The position numbers and the translations under genes were made by a program. From assembly GCA_050943735.1 (NCBI GenBank), contig JBMNPT010000004.1:137420-201419 (forward strand): a stretch of DNA of 64,000 bases, in the 5' to 3' direction. Position 1 is the first letter of the stretch; each line of letters begins with the position of its first letter. The notes beneath the pieces are model-generated. The model was not told the DNA's origin. It was given only the letters and a program-made list of their open reading frames with translations, and ran no database searches. Origin of the DNA: Eubacteriales bacterium (GTDB lineage: Bacteria > Bacillota > Clostridia > Oscillospirales > RGIG577). This document shows, piece by piece, positions 16,565-24,657 of this stretch.

Positions 16565-16608
16565 CCTTGTGTTATCATAAGGACAATGGAAAAGGAGGCG
16601 ATTTTTCG

Positions 16609-16824
16609 GTGCCTATCGTATATAAAATTGATGTGCTTGCCGCACTCAAAGAAAAAGGCTACAACACTAACAAAATCAGAAAAGATAAAATCATGGGTGA
16701 AGCCATGCTTCAAAAGTTGAGAAGCGGTCAGATGGTGTCCTGGGCTACCCTTGAAACGCTCTGTGCGCTCTTGGAATGTCAGCCGGGGGACTTGATTGAA
16801 TTTGTTGCAGGGGCAGCGGAATAG
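16609..16824 (+). CDS. XRE/Cro-type HTH regulator (71 aa)
   Basis: GTG 16609 lies 10 nt after AAAGGAGG. The sequence ...MGEAMLQKLRSGQMVSWATLETLCALLECQPGDLIEFV is a typical short HTH. The upstream 103 codons of track ORF 16300..16824 are pyrimidine-rich non-coding sequence. Confidence 0.7.
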   Translation: MPIVYKIDVLAALKEKGYNTNKIRKDKIMGEAMLQKLRSGQMVSWATLETLCALLECQPGDLIEFVAGAAE

Positions 16825-17046
16825 CCCTCTCAAAGCTCACAGGGGGGCGGGTGCTGTTTCGGGAAAACTTTGTTTTCTTTCCCCCTTTGTGATTTGGCGT
16901 GGGCGCAGCTCCCACGGAGAGTGTTTTTTATTCCGAAAGACGGTTTTTTCGTCTGTTTGCGGTTCGCCTATTTTCTCTCCGTCAGACGGAATACAACGAA
17001 AAAAAACGGCAAATCCCCGTTTCGGAGATTTGCCGTTTCAAATCAG

Positions 17047-17109
17047 AAAGCACGCAAAAATTTTTGGTTTCCTCTAAAAAATAAGAGGCCAAAAACTTTT
17101 GCGTGCTTT
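17047..17109. terminator. Nested inverted repeat / bidirectional terminator between convergent units
   Basis: 13-bp arms AAAGCACGCAAAA/TTTTGCGTGCTTT enclose an inner CCTCT/AGAGG hairpin. It abuts the stop at 17109. A second hairpin GGCAAATC/GATTTGCC lies at 17008-17034. Confidence 0.5.
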
Positions 17110-17261
17110 TATTTCCAGTCTTTTAATAAATCATCTATGGCCGCATCCAGACACTTTTTCATGCTCTGCCGCATAACCGAATAAATGTAGTTTTCTAAAA
17201 TGGATTCACTTTTCTTTTTCTTCTTTTCTTTCTCTCGTTCATTTTTTGATGCACTTTTCAT
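17109..17261 (-). CDS. Hypothetical small protein (50 aa, Lys/Glu-rich)
   Basis: Its ATG overlaps the upstream stop in ATGA (17258-17261), indicating translational coupling. Confidence 0.4.
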   Translation of the reverse strand: MKSASKNEREKEKKKKKSESILENYIYSVMRQSMKKCLDAAIDDLLKDWK

Positions 17262-17443
17262 CTGATTTTTACCTCGCTTGAAATATGCACCTCTGGAATG
17301 TTGTTGGCTTCTTCTCTCTTCTGTATTATTTGATAAAGTTTCTTGTGAGCGGCCTCCATAATCTCCCATGGCTCATATCCGTCAAGATACATATAGTCGC
17401 TGTATTCCGGAATATTGCGTGTTGCGTATTCATGTAATGTCAT
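17258..17443 (-). CDS. Hypothetical small protein (61 aa)
   Basis: ATG 17443 lies 6 nt after GGAGA. It overlaps the end of the upstream 260-aa gene by 14 nt. Confidence 0.45.
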   Translation of the reverse strand: MTLHEYATRNIPEYSDYMYLDGYEPWEIMEAAHKKLYQIIQKREEANNIPEVHISSEVKIR

Positions 17444-18212
17444 TTTCGGTCTCCTTTTCAAAATTGATTATGTTGTAGCCCTCAATCCCGTAAACAGGGA
17501 CTTTGATGGGTGTGTAGCCGTATTTGGCCTTGAACTCGCGGCGGGCGTTTGCATAGCTGAAATAGGCGGCTTCTCCGATGATGGAATCCCGTTCTTCTTT
17601 GCTAATCAAGCCGATTTCGCAATCGTTCAGGGCATCCAGTTCCGCCTTTGCACTTAACTTCTGCTCGGCGTGAAAGAGCTTCAAAAATCCCTGAACCTGT
17701 TCTTCTGGCATGGGAATATAGCAGTTATATTCGCTGTCCAGTCTACACCAAATCTTATCAAGGATTCTGCCTCTTGTACCGCCCTCGTTCTGGCGTGTGC
17801 CAAACATTTCCCGCATTTGTAGCCGTGTGTATTCGCTGACAGTTCCAAACTTGTGTTGAAATTCCTGAATTTCTTCCTTGTCTTTGATAATTCTGGCTAC
17901 ATTGGCGGCGGTCTGGACATTATCCTCTTTGACAACCTCGATAATTTTTTCGCCGTATACTTCGTTGCGCTTCTGCGCGTTTCTCTTGTTGGGGATTTTC
18001 TGATAATCACCTAACTTTTTCAGAATGTGGTACTTTGTTTCCCGCCCCTGATACTCAACCTCATATTCATAATAGAGGCTGAAATTTGAAAGCAGCTCGT
18101 TTCGCTTGTGGCTCCATGTGCTGTTGCTGACTTCCATAAATGCTTGTAGTGCCTTTGTGGTGTAGTATCTTCCCACTTCCAATTCTTTTTCTATGGGTAT
18201 CTCTCCTTTCAT
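17430..18212 (-). CDS. Hypothetical protein (260 aa), element backbone (replication or regulation function possible but unsupported)
   Basis: Long clean ORF within the minus-strand operon. No motif recognised. Confidence 0.55.
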   Translation of the reverse strand: MKGEIPIEKELEVGRYYTTKALQAFMEVSNSTWSHKRNELLSNFSLYYEYEVEYQGRETKYHILKKLGDYQKIPNKRNAQKRNEVYGEKIIEVVKEDNVQTAANVARIIKDKEEIQEFQHKFGTVSEYTRLQMREMFGTRQNEGGTRGRILDKIWCRLDSEYNCYIPMPEEQVQGFLKLFHAEQKLSAKAELDALNDCEIGLISKEERDSIIGEAAYFSYANARREFKAKYGYTPIKVPVYGIEGYNIINFEKETENDIT

Positions 18213-18348
18213 AGATTCTTGCGTTTTGTGGCAAGTTGATTATCCATTTTTGCCCTATCCCCGCAAAAGCTGAACCGCAGCTTCTTATTACGCAAATTTT
18301 TTTGGGTTCTTTTTCTTATAGGACTACAAAAAATTCTGCGTGATATTT

Positions 18349-18543
18349 TTATAGATTGCTGACCGCCGCAAGCAACTGGCTTTCAGTCATACCGGAAAAC
18401 TCAGTTTCAAGCTGCTCTGCGGTAAAGCCCGCAGCCTCATAGAAATCAAACAGCAGCGCAAGCATGGCACTATCAAAATCTGGAATGTCAAACTGCTCCA
18501 TAAATCCCTTTACCATTTCAATCGTCATTTCCTTAGTTTTCAT
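18349..18543 (-). CDS. Hypothetical acidic small protein (64 aa)
   Basis: ORF with an RBS in the backbone operon. Confidence 0.4.
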   Translation of the reverse strand: MKTKEMTIEMVKGFMEQFDIPDFDSAMLALLFDFYEAAGFTAEQLETEFSGMTESQLLAAVSNL

Positions 18544-18569
18544 CTTTTCAAATCCTTTCTATGTTTTAA

Positions 18570-19001
18570 TCAGGCGGCGGGCTTGTCGGCGGGGATGGGA
18601 AGAAACTTTGTTTCAACGGTCTTGGCTACGCGGCCAAAGTTAGCAACTTCGGGGTACTGCTGCAAAAACCACCTCTTGATAGTGGGGTAACGGAACGCCT
18701 TGGAATGGCAAGCGGCAATCATCCGCATTTCCGCAAACTCTGTCAGAACCGCATCAACGGTTTCGGCGCTTTCGTGGGTCATGATGTAGTCCTCCATGTA
18801 CTGATAAGTCAGCCCCGCATAGGTTTCCTTATTGGGATTCCGCTTGATGGAGCGGGTGACGACCGCAAAATTGGGGTAATCGCGGCGAACACTTTGAAGC
18901 TGTGCGTATTCCTCGCTTCTGGTGTTCCGGCACTTCTGTGCAAAGGTTCTGTCCATGACGATTTTTCCGTTCTCAAAGTCGATTTTCAGCGTGTTCTTCA
19001 T
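18570..19001 (-). CDS. Hypothetical protein (143 aa), paralog of 19036..19461
   Basis: It shares GLTYQYMEDYI / GLTFEYMETYI and IKRWFLQQYPEV / IKMWFLSQYPEI with its neighbour. The upstream sequence GGAGGAAAAGAAAATG is identical for both. Confidence 0.6.
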   Translation of the reverse strand: MKNTLKIDFENGKIVMDRTFAQKCRNTRSEEYAQLQSVRRDYPNFAVVTRSIKRNPNKETYAGLTYQYMEDYIMTHESAETVDAVLTEFAEMRMIAACHSKAFRYPTIKRWFLQQYPEVANFGRVAKTVETKFLPIPADKPAA

Positions 19002-19035
19002 TTTCTTTTCCTCCTATTTCTATTCTTCTGTTGGC

Positions 19036-19461
19036 TTATGCGGCGGTTTTCTGAGCGGTACGCACCTTGCGGGCGTTGTCAATAATCTTGTTGACCTTGG
19101 CGCTCATGGCTTCGATTTCGGGGTACTGAGAGAGAAACCACATCTTGATTTCGCCGTAGCTTGCGGCGGCAGCAAGCTCTACCTTGTTTCCCTCCGTATC
19201 CAGTCCGCGCAGCTCGTAAAACTCAGCCATGATGGAACAGTCGGTATCGTGCGCCTTGATGTAGGTTTCCATATACTCAAAGGTCAGTCCCTTGAAGTGG
19301 TCACCTCTCTTGGCGGCGGACTTAACGATAACTACGCGGAAAGTGGGTTCCGCAGCTTTCAGGGTGTGCAGCTCGTTGAACTTCTCGCTGCCGTACTTGC
19401 CGGCGGCCTTGGCCTCGTTCTTGGTCATCTCGATGGTGTTGTTGGTGTAATTGATAGTCAT
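19036..19461 (-). CDS. Hypothetical protein (141 aa), paralog of 18570..19001
   Basis: Start at ATG 19461, 8 nt after GGAGG. The track TTG at 19476 overlaps the RBS. Confidence 0.6.
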   Translation of the reverse strand: MTINYTNNTIEMTKNEAKAAGKYGSEKFNELHTLKAAEPTFRVVIVKSAAKRGDHFKGLTFEYMETYIKAHDTDCSIMAEFYELRGLDTEGNKVELAAAASYGEIKMWFLSQYPEIEAMSAKVNKIIDNARKVRTAQKTAA

Positions 19462-19564
19462 TTTCTTTTCCTCCAAATTTTATATTTTTTGTTTTTATTT
19501 GTGGGCTTGCTGCCCTGTTCTCTATGGTTTTATTATAGCAGTTTTGGTATGGCGGTCAGTCGTT

Positions 19565-19837
19565 TTAATGGCACTGGTTATCAATGAAACTGTCGCAGTC
19601 GAACTTGATTTTCTTTTGCTTGAAGATGTGTTCCATTCTGCTGCGCGGCACATCGTTCAGGACTTCATAGATAGCGGCAATCCACTTGCATTTTTCAACA
19701 TCTTCATCTGTGATGTGCTTGAACAATCCGTAACCGTCTGCATCACAGGACAAGGCAACAATGGCCTCGTAGATTTCCTTGTAGCCTTCAACGGTCAGGC
19801 GTCCAGATTCTTCCTCGAAATACTTTTCATTCAACAT
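19565..19837 (-). CDS. Hypothetical protein (90 aa), first gene of the backbone operon
   Basis: Clean ORF with a GGAGAG RBS. Confidence 0.45.
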   Translation of the reverse strand: MLNEKYFEEESGRLTVEGYKEIYEAIVALSCDADGYGLFKHITDEDVEKCKWIAAIYEVLNDVPRSRMEHIFKQKKIKFDCDSFIDNQCH

Positions 19838-20153
19838 CTTGATACTCTCCTTTTTTGTTTTTGTTTTTTGTGGTTCATCTCTTTTGTGATTTTAGTATAC
19901 CAAAATTTTTTGACCGAGGTGTCGTTCTAATGTGACACATACACTTTTTTGAAAAGAAAAAACACAGTCTTTTCGACTGTGTTGTAAGTGGGGCGAACGG
20001 GAGCGGCCGCCGCATGTATCAATGATGCTTAAAAGATGTTAACGGGATGTTCGTATTTTCATTGAAAGTAGTTCGATAGTTGTAAAAAGTCTATGAATAG
20101 ATGCTATAAACCTGTTGTTCTCTGGCTTTTGGTAGAGTATGATGTAATCGTCA

Positions 20154-20228
20154 ATGGACAAGTTTTGATGGACAACTTTGATGGTTCTTTGCCTCCGTAA
20201 AAAGAGGTAATGGACAAGAAATGGACAA
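20154..20228 (+). promoter_or_regulatory. attR-proximal arm-type repeats (4 x ATGGACAA)
   Basis: ATGGACAA at 20154, 20168, 20210 and 20221, all direct, 90-170 bp left of the attR core. Confidence 0.55.
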
Positions 20229-20291
20229 TCCGAATAAAAGAAACGGGGAAACAGGTTTCCCCGTTTCCCCGTTGGAAATGCTTGATTTATC

Positions 20292-20834
20292 TTACTTGAA
20301 GTAACGTGCCAGCAGGCCTTCGAATGCCTTGCCATGGCGGGCCTCGTCGCGAGCCATCTCGTGAACGGTGTCGTGGATGGCGTCCAGATTGGCAGCCTTC
20401 GCACGCTTTGCCAGATCAAACTTGCCGGCAGTAGCACCATTCTCAGCTTCCACACGCATTTCCAGATTCTTCTTGGTAGAGTCGGTCACAACTTCACCCA
20501 GCAGTTCGGCAAACTTAGCAGCGTGCTCAGCTTCTTCCCAAGCAGCCTTCTCCCAGTACAGGCCGATTTCAGGATAGCCTTCTCTGTGAGCTACGCGAGC
20601 CATGGCCAGATACATACCTACTTCGGTGCACTCGCCCTGGAAATTGGCTCTCAGATCTTCCATAATATCCTGGCTGGAACCCTGTGCCACACCTACCACA
20701 TGCTCAGCCGCCCAGCTCATTTCGCCAGCCTGCTCTACAAACTTAGAAGCCGGAGCCTTGCACTGAGGACATGCTTCGGGAGCGCTGTCACCTTCATGAA
20801 CGTATCCACACACACTGCAAACGAATTTTTTCAT
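20292..20834 (-). CDS. rbr: Reverse rubrerythrin (N-terminal rubredoxin-like Cys4 domain plus ferritin-like domain)
   Basis: [10 protein letters not shown]...CPQCKAP at the N-terminus and diiron motifs EEAEHAAKF and [11 protein letters not shown]. The last ~10 codons are supplied by the inserted element. Confidence 0.85.
   Translation of the reverse strand: MKKFVCSVCGYVHEGDSAPEACPQCKAPASKFVEQAGEMSWAAEHVVGVAQGSSQDIMEDLRANFQGECTEVGMYLAMARVAHREGYPEIGLYWEKAAWEEAEHAAKFAELLGEVVTDSTKKNLEMRVEAENGATAGKFDLAKRAKAANLDAIHDTVHEMARDEARHGKAFEGLLARYFK
20321..20360. repeat. attR direct repeat
   Basis: 39/40 identical to 9441-9480. The sequence to its right is the rubrerythrin body. Confidence 0.8.
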
Positions 20835-20855
20835 TGTTATACCTCCTGATTATGT

Positions 20856-21257
20856 TTACTTCAAAAACTTATCCAATGTTACCTGTTGGAATTCCTGCAA
20901 CAACACCTGATTGATCCGTCCAAATTCCCGTTGAAATTGGCAACTTCCTTTATTTTTCACCCGATTGCAACAAATCTCTTCATCCAGGCACTTGCTGATT
21001 TCCAGCTTTCCTTCGATGGCTTCCACGATATCAGCCAAACTGATTTCCTGCGGAGTGCAATTGAGTTCGTATCCTCCGCCTGCTCCTTTGTAAGACCGAA
21101 CCATTCCACAATGGACCAGCTTGTGCAAGATCTTCAGTGCAAAACGCAACGTTACACACATCTCTTCTGAGATGGATTTGGCATCCATTCTCTCCTGGCT
21201 TTTGGCCAGACAATATAATATGCGCAACGCATAATCTGTTTCCATTGTGACCTTCAT
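20856..21257 (-). CDS. Rrf2-family transcriptional regulator
   Basis: MKVTMETDYALRILYCLA...GMVRSYKGAGGGYEL. Start at the sixth codon of the track ORF. Confidence 0.8.
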   Translation of the reverse strand: MKVTMETDYALRILYCLAKSQERMDAKSISEEMCVTLRFALKILHKLVHCGMVRSYKGAGGGYELNCTPQEISLADIVEAIEGKLEISKCLDEEICCNRVKNKGSCQFQREFGRINQVLLQEFQQVTLDKFLK

Positions 21258-21432
21258 CGTGAAATCTCCCAACGCTTTGGATTACATCTATAATATATAC
21301 CATTTTTGTATATAAGTCAATGATCTTTTTGAAAAAAAGAATTAAAATATTTTTCCAAAACAACTTGACAGTTTTATCAATGTTCAGTATAATTATTGTT
21401 GTTGTGCAGGACTTTGGGCACAAAAAGTCTTT

Positions 21433-21516
21433 GCGAGTGTGCTGGAACTGGTAGACAGGCACGTTTGAGGGGCGTGTGCCAAAAGCGTACGGGTTCAAGT
21501 CCCGTCACTCGCACCA
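21433..21516 (+). tRNA. tRNA-Leu (anticodon GAG)
   Basis: Acceptor GCGAGTG/CACTCGC, anticodon arm CACGT-TTGAGGG-GCGTG, long variable arm, T-arm ACGGG-TTCAAGT-CCCGT, encoded CCA. Confidence 0.9.
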
Positions 21517-21543
21517 CTTTTTTCCTCAGGCACAACTTCATAT

Positions 21544-21630
21544 GCGGATGTGGCGGAATTGGCAGACGCGCTAGCTTCAGGTGCTAGTGGTGGCAACATC
21601 GTGGGGGTTCAAGTCCCTTCATCCGCACCA
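21544..21630 (+). tRNA. tRNA-Leu (anticodon CAG)
   Basis: Acceptor GCGGATG/CATCCGC, anticodon arm CTAGC-TTCAGGT-GCTAG, long variable arm, TTCAAGT T-loop, encoded CCA. Confidence 0.85.
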
Positions 21631-21639
21631 AACAATGAT

Positions 21640-21688
21640 AATCCGAACTACATTATCCAAATAGGTAATGTGTTCGGATTTTTTATTT
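21640..21688 (+). terminator. Terminator after the tRNA pair
   Basis: AATCCGAAC/GTTCGGATT stem with a large loop, followed by TTTTTATTT. Confidence 0.5.
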
Positions 21689-21853
21689 CTATTGAAAATA
21701 TGCTCTGATTGGACAGGATTGGGACCAACGTTCCCAATCCTTGCTTTTTGTGGTGATTCTTGTTATAATTCATTCAATAATACATCATTCTATCTGTAGG
21801 TTTACTTCAGGAAATTCATGGAAGCGGTATGATATCACCCAATGGAGGCTACT

Positions 21854-22465
21854 ATGAAACGAAACACATTCATTGCAATCATATTTTTGCTTGTATCATT
21901 TGTATTTTCTGCCTGTGCATCTGTACCCCCTAGCGACCAAACACCTGAATTGTTGAACGACATTGGAAAAACGTTTAGTGAATTGAAAAAAGAGCATCCT
22001 GAAGGCGAATTGATTGTAAATTTAGATGGATTCCCGGATAGTGCTGCTGCATGTTTTGGGGAGCCAGAATCGGAGTCTGTTTATTTCTTTTTTGAAGGAC
22101 AAAGCGGTGATTTTGAAAAGGCTATGAACGAATGTGAAGATGAAATAAAATGCGCCGGTTTTATAACCACAGCAAACACACTTTTTACAGATATGGAAGA
22201 TGATATGTCCTTTGAAGACTTCTTCTCTTTAATCGGTGTGAACGATTATGAGTACTTTGGTGAAGACACAATAACTGCACAAGGCTGGTTAAAATTCACG
22301 TACAGCGGTATGGAAGTAATGATAAATACAAACGAAGCCATTGCTGGCGGCGGCTGGGACGTCACAGGAGCAGAAATAGTAAAGAGTACTGCTCCGGTAT
22401 CTATTGTAGATCCAGAAATATTAAATGCCAATCAAGACTTAGCCGAAGCGGTTATGTTCGATTGA
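21854..22465 (+). CDS. Hypothetical lipoprotein
   Basis: MKRNTFIAIIFLLVSFVFSAC gives a signal peptide with lipobox. It lies in an AT-rich islet right after the tRNA genes. Confidence 0.6.
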   Translation: MKRNTFIAIIFLLVSFVFSACASVPPSDQTPELLNDIGKTFSELKKEHPEGELIVNLDGFPDSAAACFGEPESESVYFFFEGQSGDFEKAMNECEDEIKCAGFITTANTLFTDMEDDMSFEDFFSLIGVNDYEYFGEDTITAQGWLKFTYSGMEVMINTNEAIAGGGWDVTGAEIVKSTAPVSIVDPEILNANQDLAEAVMFD

Positions 22466-22572
22466 GCTGTGTCATGATAACACATTGTATTTTTTCCTTC
22501 TTCGTTGCAAAGTGAAAAAACCATCCATCGGTTCTCAATATGAAATACCCTTTCTTACCATTGGACCATAAC

Positions 22573-22612
22573 AATAGCCCCTCTTGATAACTCAAGAGGG
22601 GCTATTGTTTTT
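22573..22612. terminator. Bidirectional terminator
   Basis: 15-bp stem AATAGCCCCTCTTGA/TCAAGAGGGGCTATT followed by GTTTTT. Confidence 0.7.
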
Positions 22613-22634
22613 CACAATCTATCATGTATTTCTT

Positions 22635-23078
22635 CTATTCTTCATTGGCGGTTTCCATATTGTACTTCATCCGGTCAATAAAAGCCAGCAGCTGTTTTTC
22701 TTCTTTAGGCGAAAACCCTTTCATCAATGTTTTCTCAAATTCTTCCCGACACTGTCTGAGCTGCTGGGATACCGCCGTAGCCTGCTCCGTCAAACGCAAT
22801 CGTTTCAATCTGGCATCATGAGATACACTTTCTCGACGCAAAAAACCTTTTTGCACCATCAAATTTACCACTTTGGATGCAGTAGAACGGGTAATGCCAA
22901 ATTCCATTTCCAGATTTTTTTGATATACTGGTTCATCGCCATGTTCTTCAATATAGCCAATAATCCAACCATTGGTTCCGGTCAAACGCTGAATTTCCCG
23001 CAAACTTTTTTGGCTGTCCACATGCCGCATAATCAGGTTATTGAGCAGCCGCAACTCTCTTCCCACATGCCTTTGCAT
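22635..23078 (-). CDS. MarR-family transcriptional regulator
   Basis: Winged-helix segment QKNLEMEFGITRSTASKVVNLMVQKGFLRRESVSHDARLKRLRLT. It is divergent from the MttB-family gene, and TGACAG/CTGTCA dyads occur in the intergenic region. Confidence 0.8.
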   Translation of the reverse strand: MQRHVGRELRLLNNLIMRHVDSQKSLREIQRLTGTNGWIIGYIEEHGDEPVYQKNLEMEFGITRSTASKVVNLMVQKGFLRRESVSHDARLKRLRLTEQATAVSQQLRQCREEFEKTLMKGFSPKEEKQLLAFIDRMKYNMETANEE

Positions 23079-23232
23079 CTGGCATTCGCTCCTTTTCCTG
23101 TTTGATATAAAACATTATAAAAAATTTTTTATCCACTGTCAATTCCTTTGCACAAAAGCATATTGTCTTGACAGCATTTTCCTGCTATAATTGACAGGTA
23201 TATTTACCTTGTCAGAAAAGAGGAGATCCTAT

Positions 23233-24657
23233 ATGCACACCACACAACTACTTACCCTCTCCACCCAGGAACTGGCACTGTTCGGCCGCCGGGTAGAGGA
23301 CTTGCTGGAACAGCGTGGGATTACCATAGAACATGCAGCGATGCGGGAAGCATTGGCTCAAGCTGGCGCTCTGGTGGAAAACGACCGGGTACGATTTCCC
23401 CGCTCCCTGATTCATAAAGCGGTACAAGCTGTACCCAGTACTTTTACCCTTTGCGCTCCTGATCCACAGTGGAATCTTACCTTCCCCCATCCCCATCAAG
23501 GCTTTTACACCCGTACCAACACCGGTGCCATGCAGTATCTGCCCAAAGAGGGAGAGGTGCGCCCTGTGACGCTGGCCGACGTGGCAGAATGGACCCGTTT
23601 GGCCAATGCATTGCCCCACATTCATTTTCTGTGTCTGCCCTCCACCTCCGGGGAAGAGGTTCCCATTCACTCCATCGATCTGTGCACACTGGATGTCATG
23701 CTCCGGCTCAGCCGCAAACACATCTGGGTACAGCCCTATGAAGCACCCAATGTACGGTGCATGATTGATTTAGCCGCTGCTTCTGTAGGCGGATACGAAA
23801 AGCTGCGCTCCGCTTCTCCCATCAGCTTTATCTCCTGCTCCGTTCCCGTATTGCACTACAAAGAGATGGACGCGGAAGTACTATGGCAATGCGCCCAATA
23901 TGGAATCCCCGTACAATGCTGTTCCCTGCCCACTGCAGGTGCCAACGCTCCTGTAACGGGTCAAGGCGTGGCCCTGCTGGCCTGTGCCGAAGTGCTGGCC
24001 CAAATCGTCATGCTGGAATTGCTGGCTCCGGGCACTCCGGCCATTGCCACCCCCCTGCTCTTCTCCATGGATATGATGACCACCTTCACGCTGCAATCCA
24101 ACACCCAGATCACCCTGGGGCGGCTCATCGCCATGCAATATTTTGAACAGGAGCTCAACATTCGGGCCCACTCCTATGGCACTGGCACCGACTCGGTGGT
24201 GCTGGACAGCCAGAACATGCTGGAACGCTCCAGTCTGGCTCATATGATGGGACTTTGTCCCGCCTCCATCCTGGGCGGCGCCGGGCAGCTGGAAACCGCC
24301 AAGACTATCAGCCCCCTGCAGCTCATTATAGACGACGGATTGTTTGACACCGTCCAGCAGCTGCGGCAAGGACTGGATATAACCGACGAAACGCTGGACT
24401 TCCAGGAACTGCTTCATGGCACTGGTGAAGAGGGCTTCATCACCTCTGACCACACGTTGGAACACTATCAGGAATTGCATCGACCTGAACTATACAATCG
24501 CAGCGGAATTCAGGGCGGCACTTCTACCTTGCTACAGCGAGCGGCCCATCGGATGGACGAGCTGTTGCTGCATCCGTCCCAGCGGGATCTTCCGCCCCAG
24601 GTAGTGGCTGCCATGGATGAGGCATTGCACAAGGGATTGGAGGTACTGGAAGGATGA
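23233..24657 (+). CDS. MttB-superfamily (trimethylamine methyltransferase-like) protein, non-pyrrolysine type
   Basis: 474 aa, uninterrupted with no in-frame TAG. Length and segments (e.g. GANAPVTGQGVALLACAEVLAQIVMLELLAPGTP, LQLIIDDGLFD) fit the MttB family. AGGAGA RBS before ATG 23233. Confidence 0.7.
   Translation: MHTTQLLTLSTQELALFGRRVEDLLEQRGITIEHAAMREALAQAGALVENDRVRFPRSLIHKAVQAVPSTFTLCAPDPQWNLTFPHPHQGFYTRTNTGAMQYLPKEGEVRPVTLADVAEWTRLANALPHIHFLCLPSTSGEEVPIHSIDLCTLDVMLRLSRKHIWVQPYEAPNVRCMIDLAAASVGGYEKLRSASPISFISCSVPVLHYKEMDAEVLWQCAQYGIPVQCCSLPTAGANAPVTGQGVALLACAEVLAQIVMLELLAPGTPAIATPLLFSMDMMTTFTLQSNTQITLGRLIAMQYFEQELNIRAHSYGTGTDSVVLDSQNMLERSSLAHMMGLCPASILGGAGQLETAKTISPLQLIIDDGLFDTVQQLRQGLDITDETLDFQELLHGTGEEGFITSDHTLEHYQELHRPELYNRSGIQGGTSTLLQRAAHRMDELLLHPSQRDLPPQVVAAMDEALHKGLEVLEG

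Larger units (their letters stand above)
9441..20360. mobile_element. ~10.9-kb integrative element inserted in the 3' end of the rubrerythrin gene
   Basis: 40-bp direct repeats at both ends, an integrase next to attL, TGGACAA arm-type repeats at both ends, an element-borne replacement 3' end for the target gene, and an AT-richer interior full of regulators and unknown genes. Confidence 0.8.

Noticed and set aside
17109-17461. Two overlapping minus-strand ORFs in different frames near a Lys-codon/A-T run, which looked like a frameshifted gene or programmed frameshift
   Set aside because: The frames join at an ATGA stop/start overlap (17258-17261), and the upstream ORF has its own RBS. Two translationally coupled small genes explain the data.
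23233-24657. Pyrrolysine (in-frame TAG) in the MttB-family gene
   Set aside because: The ORF is uninterrupted from ATG to TGA, so there is no amber codon to recode.
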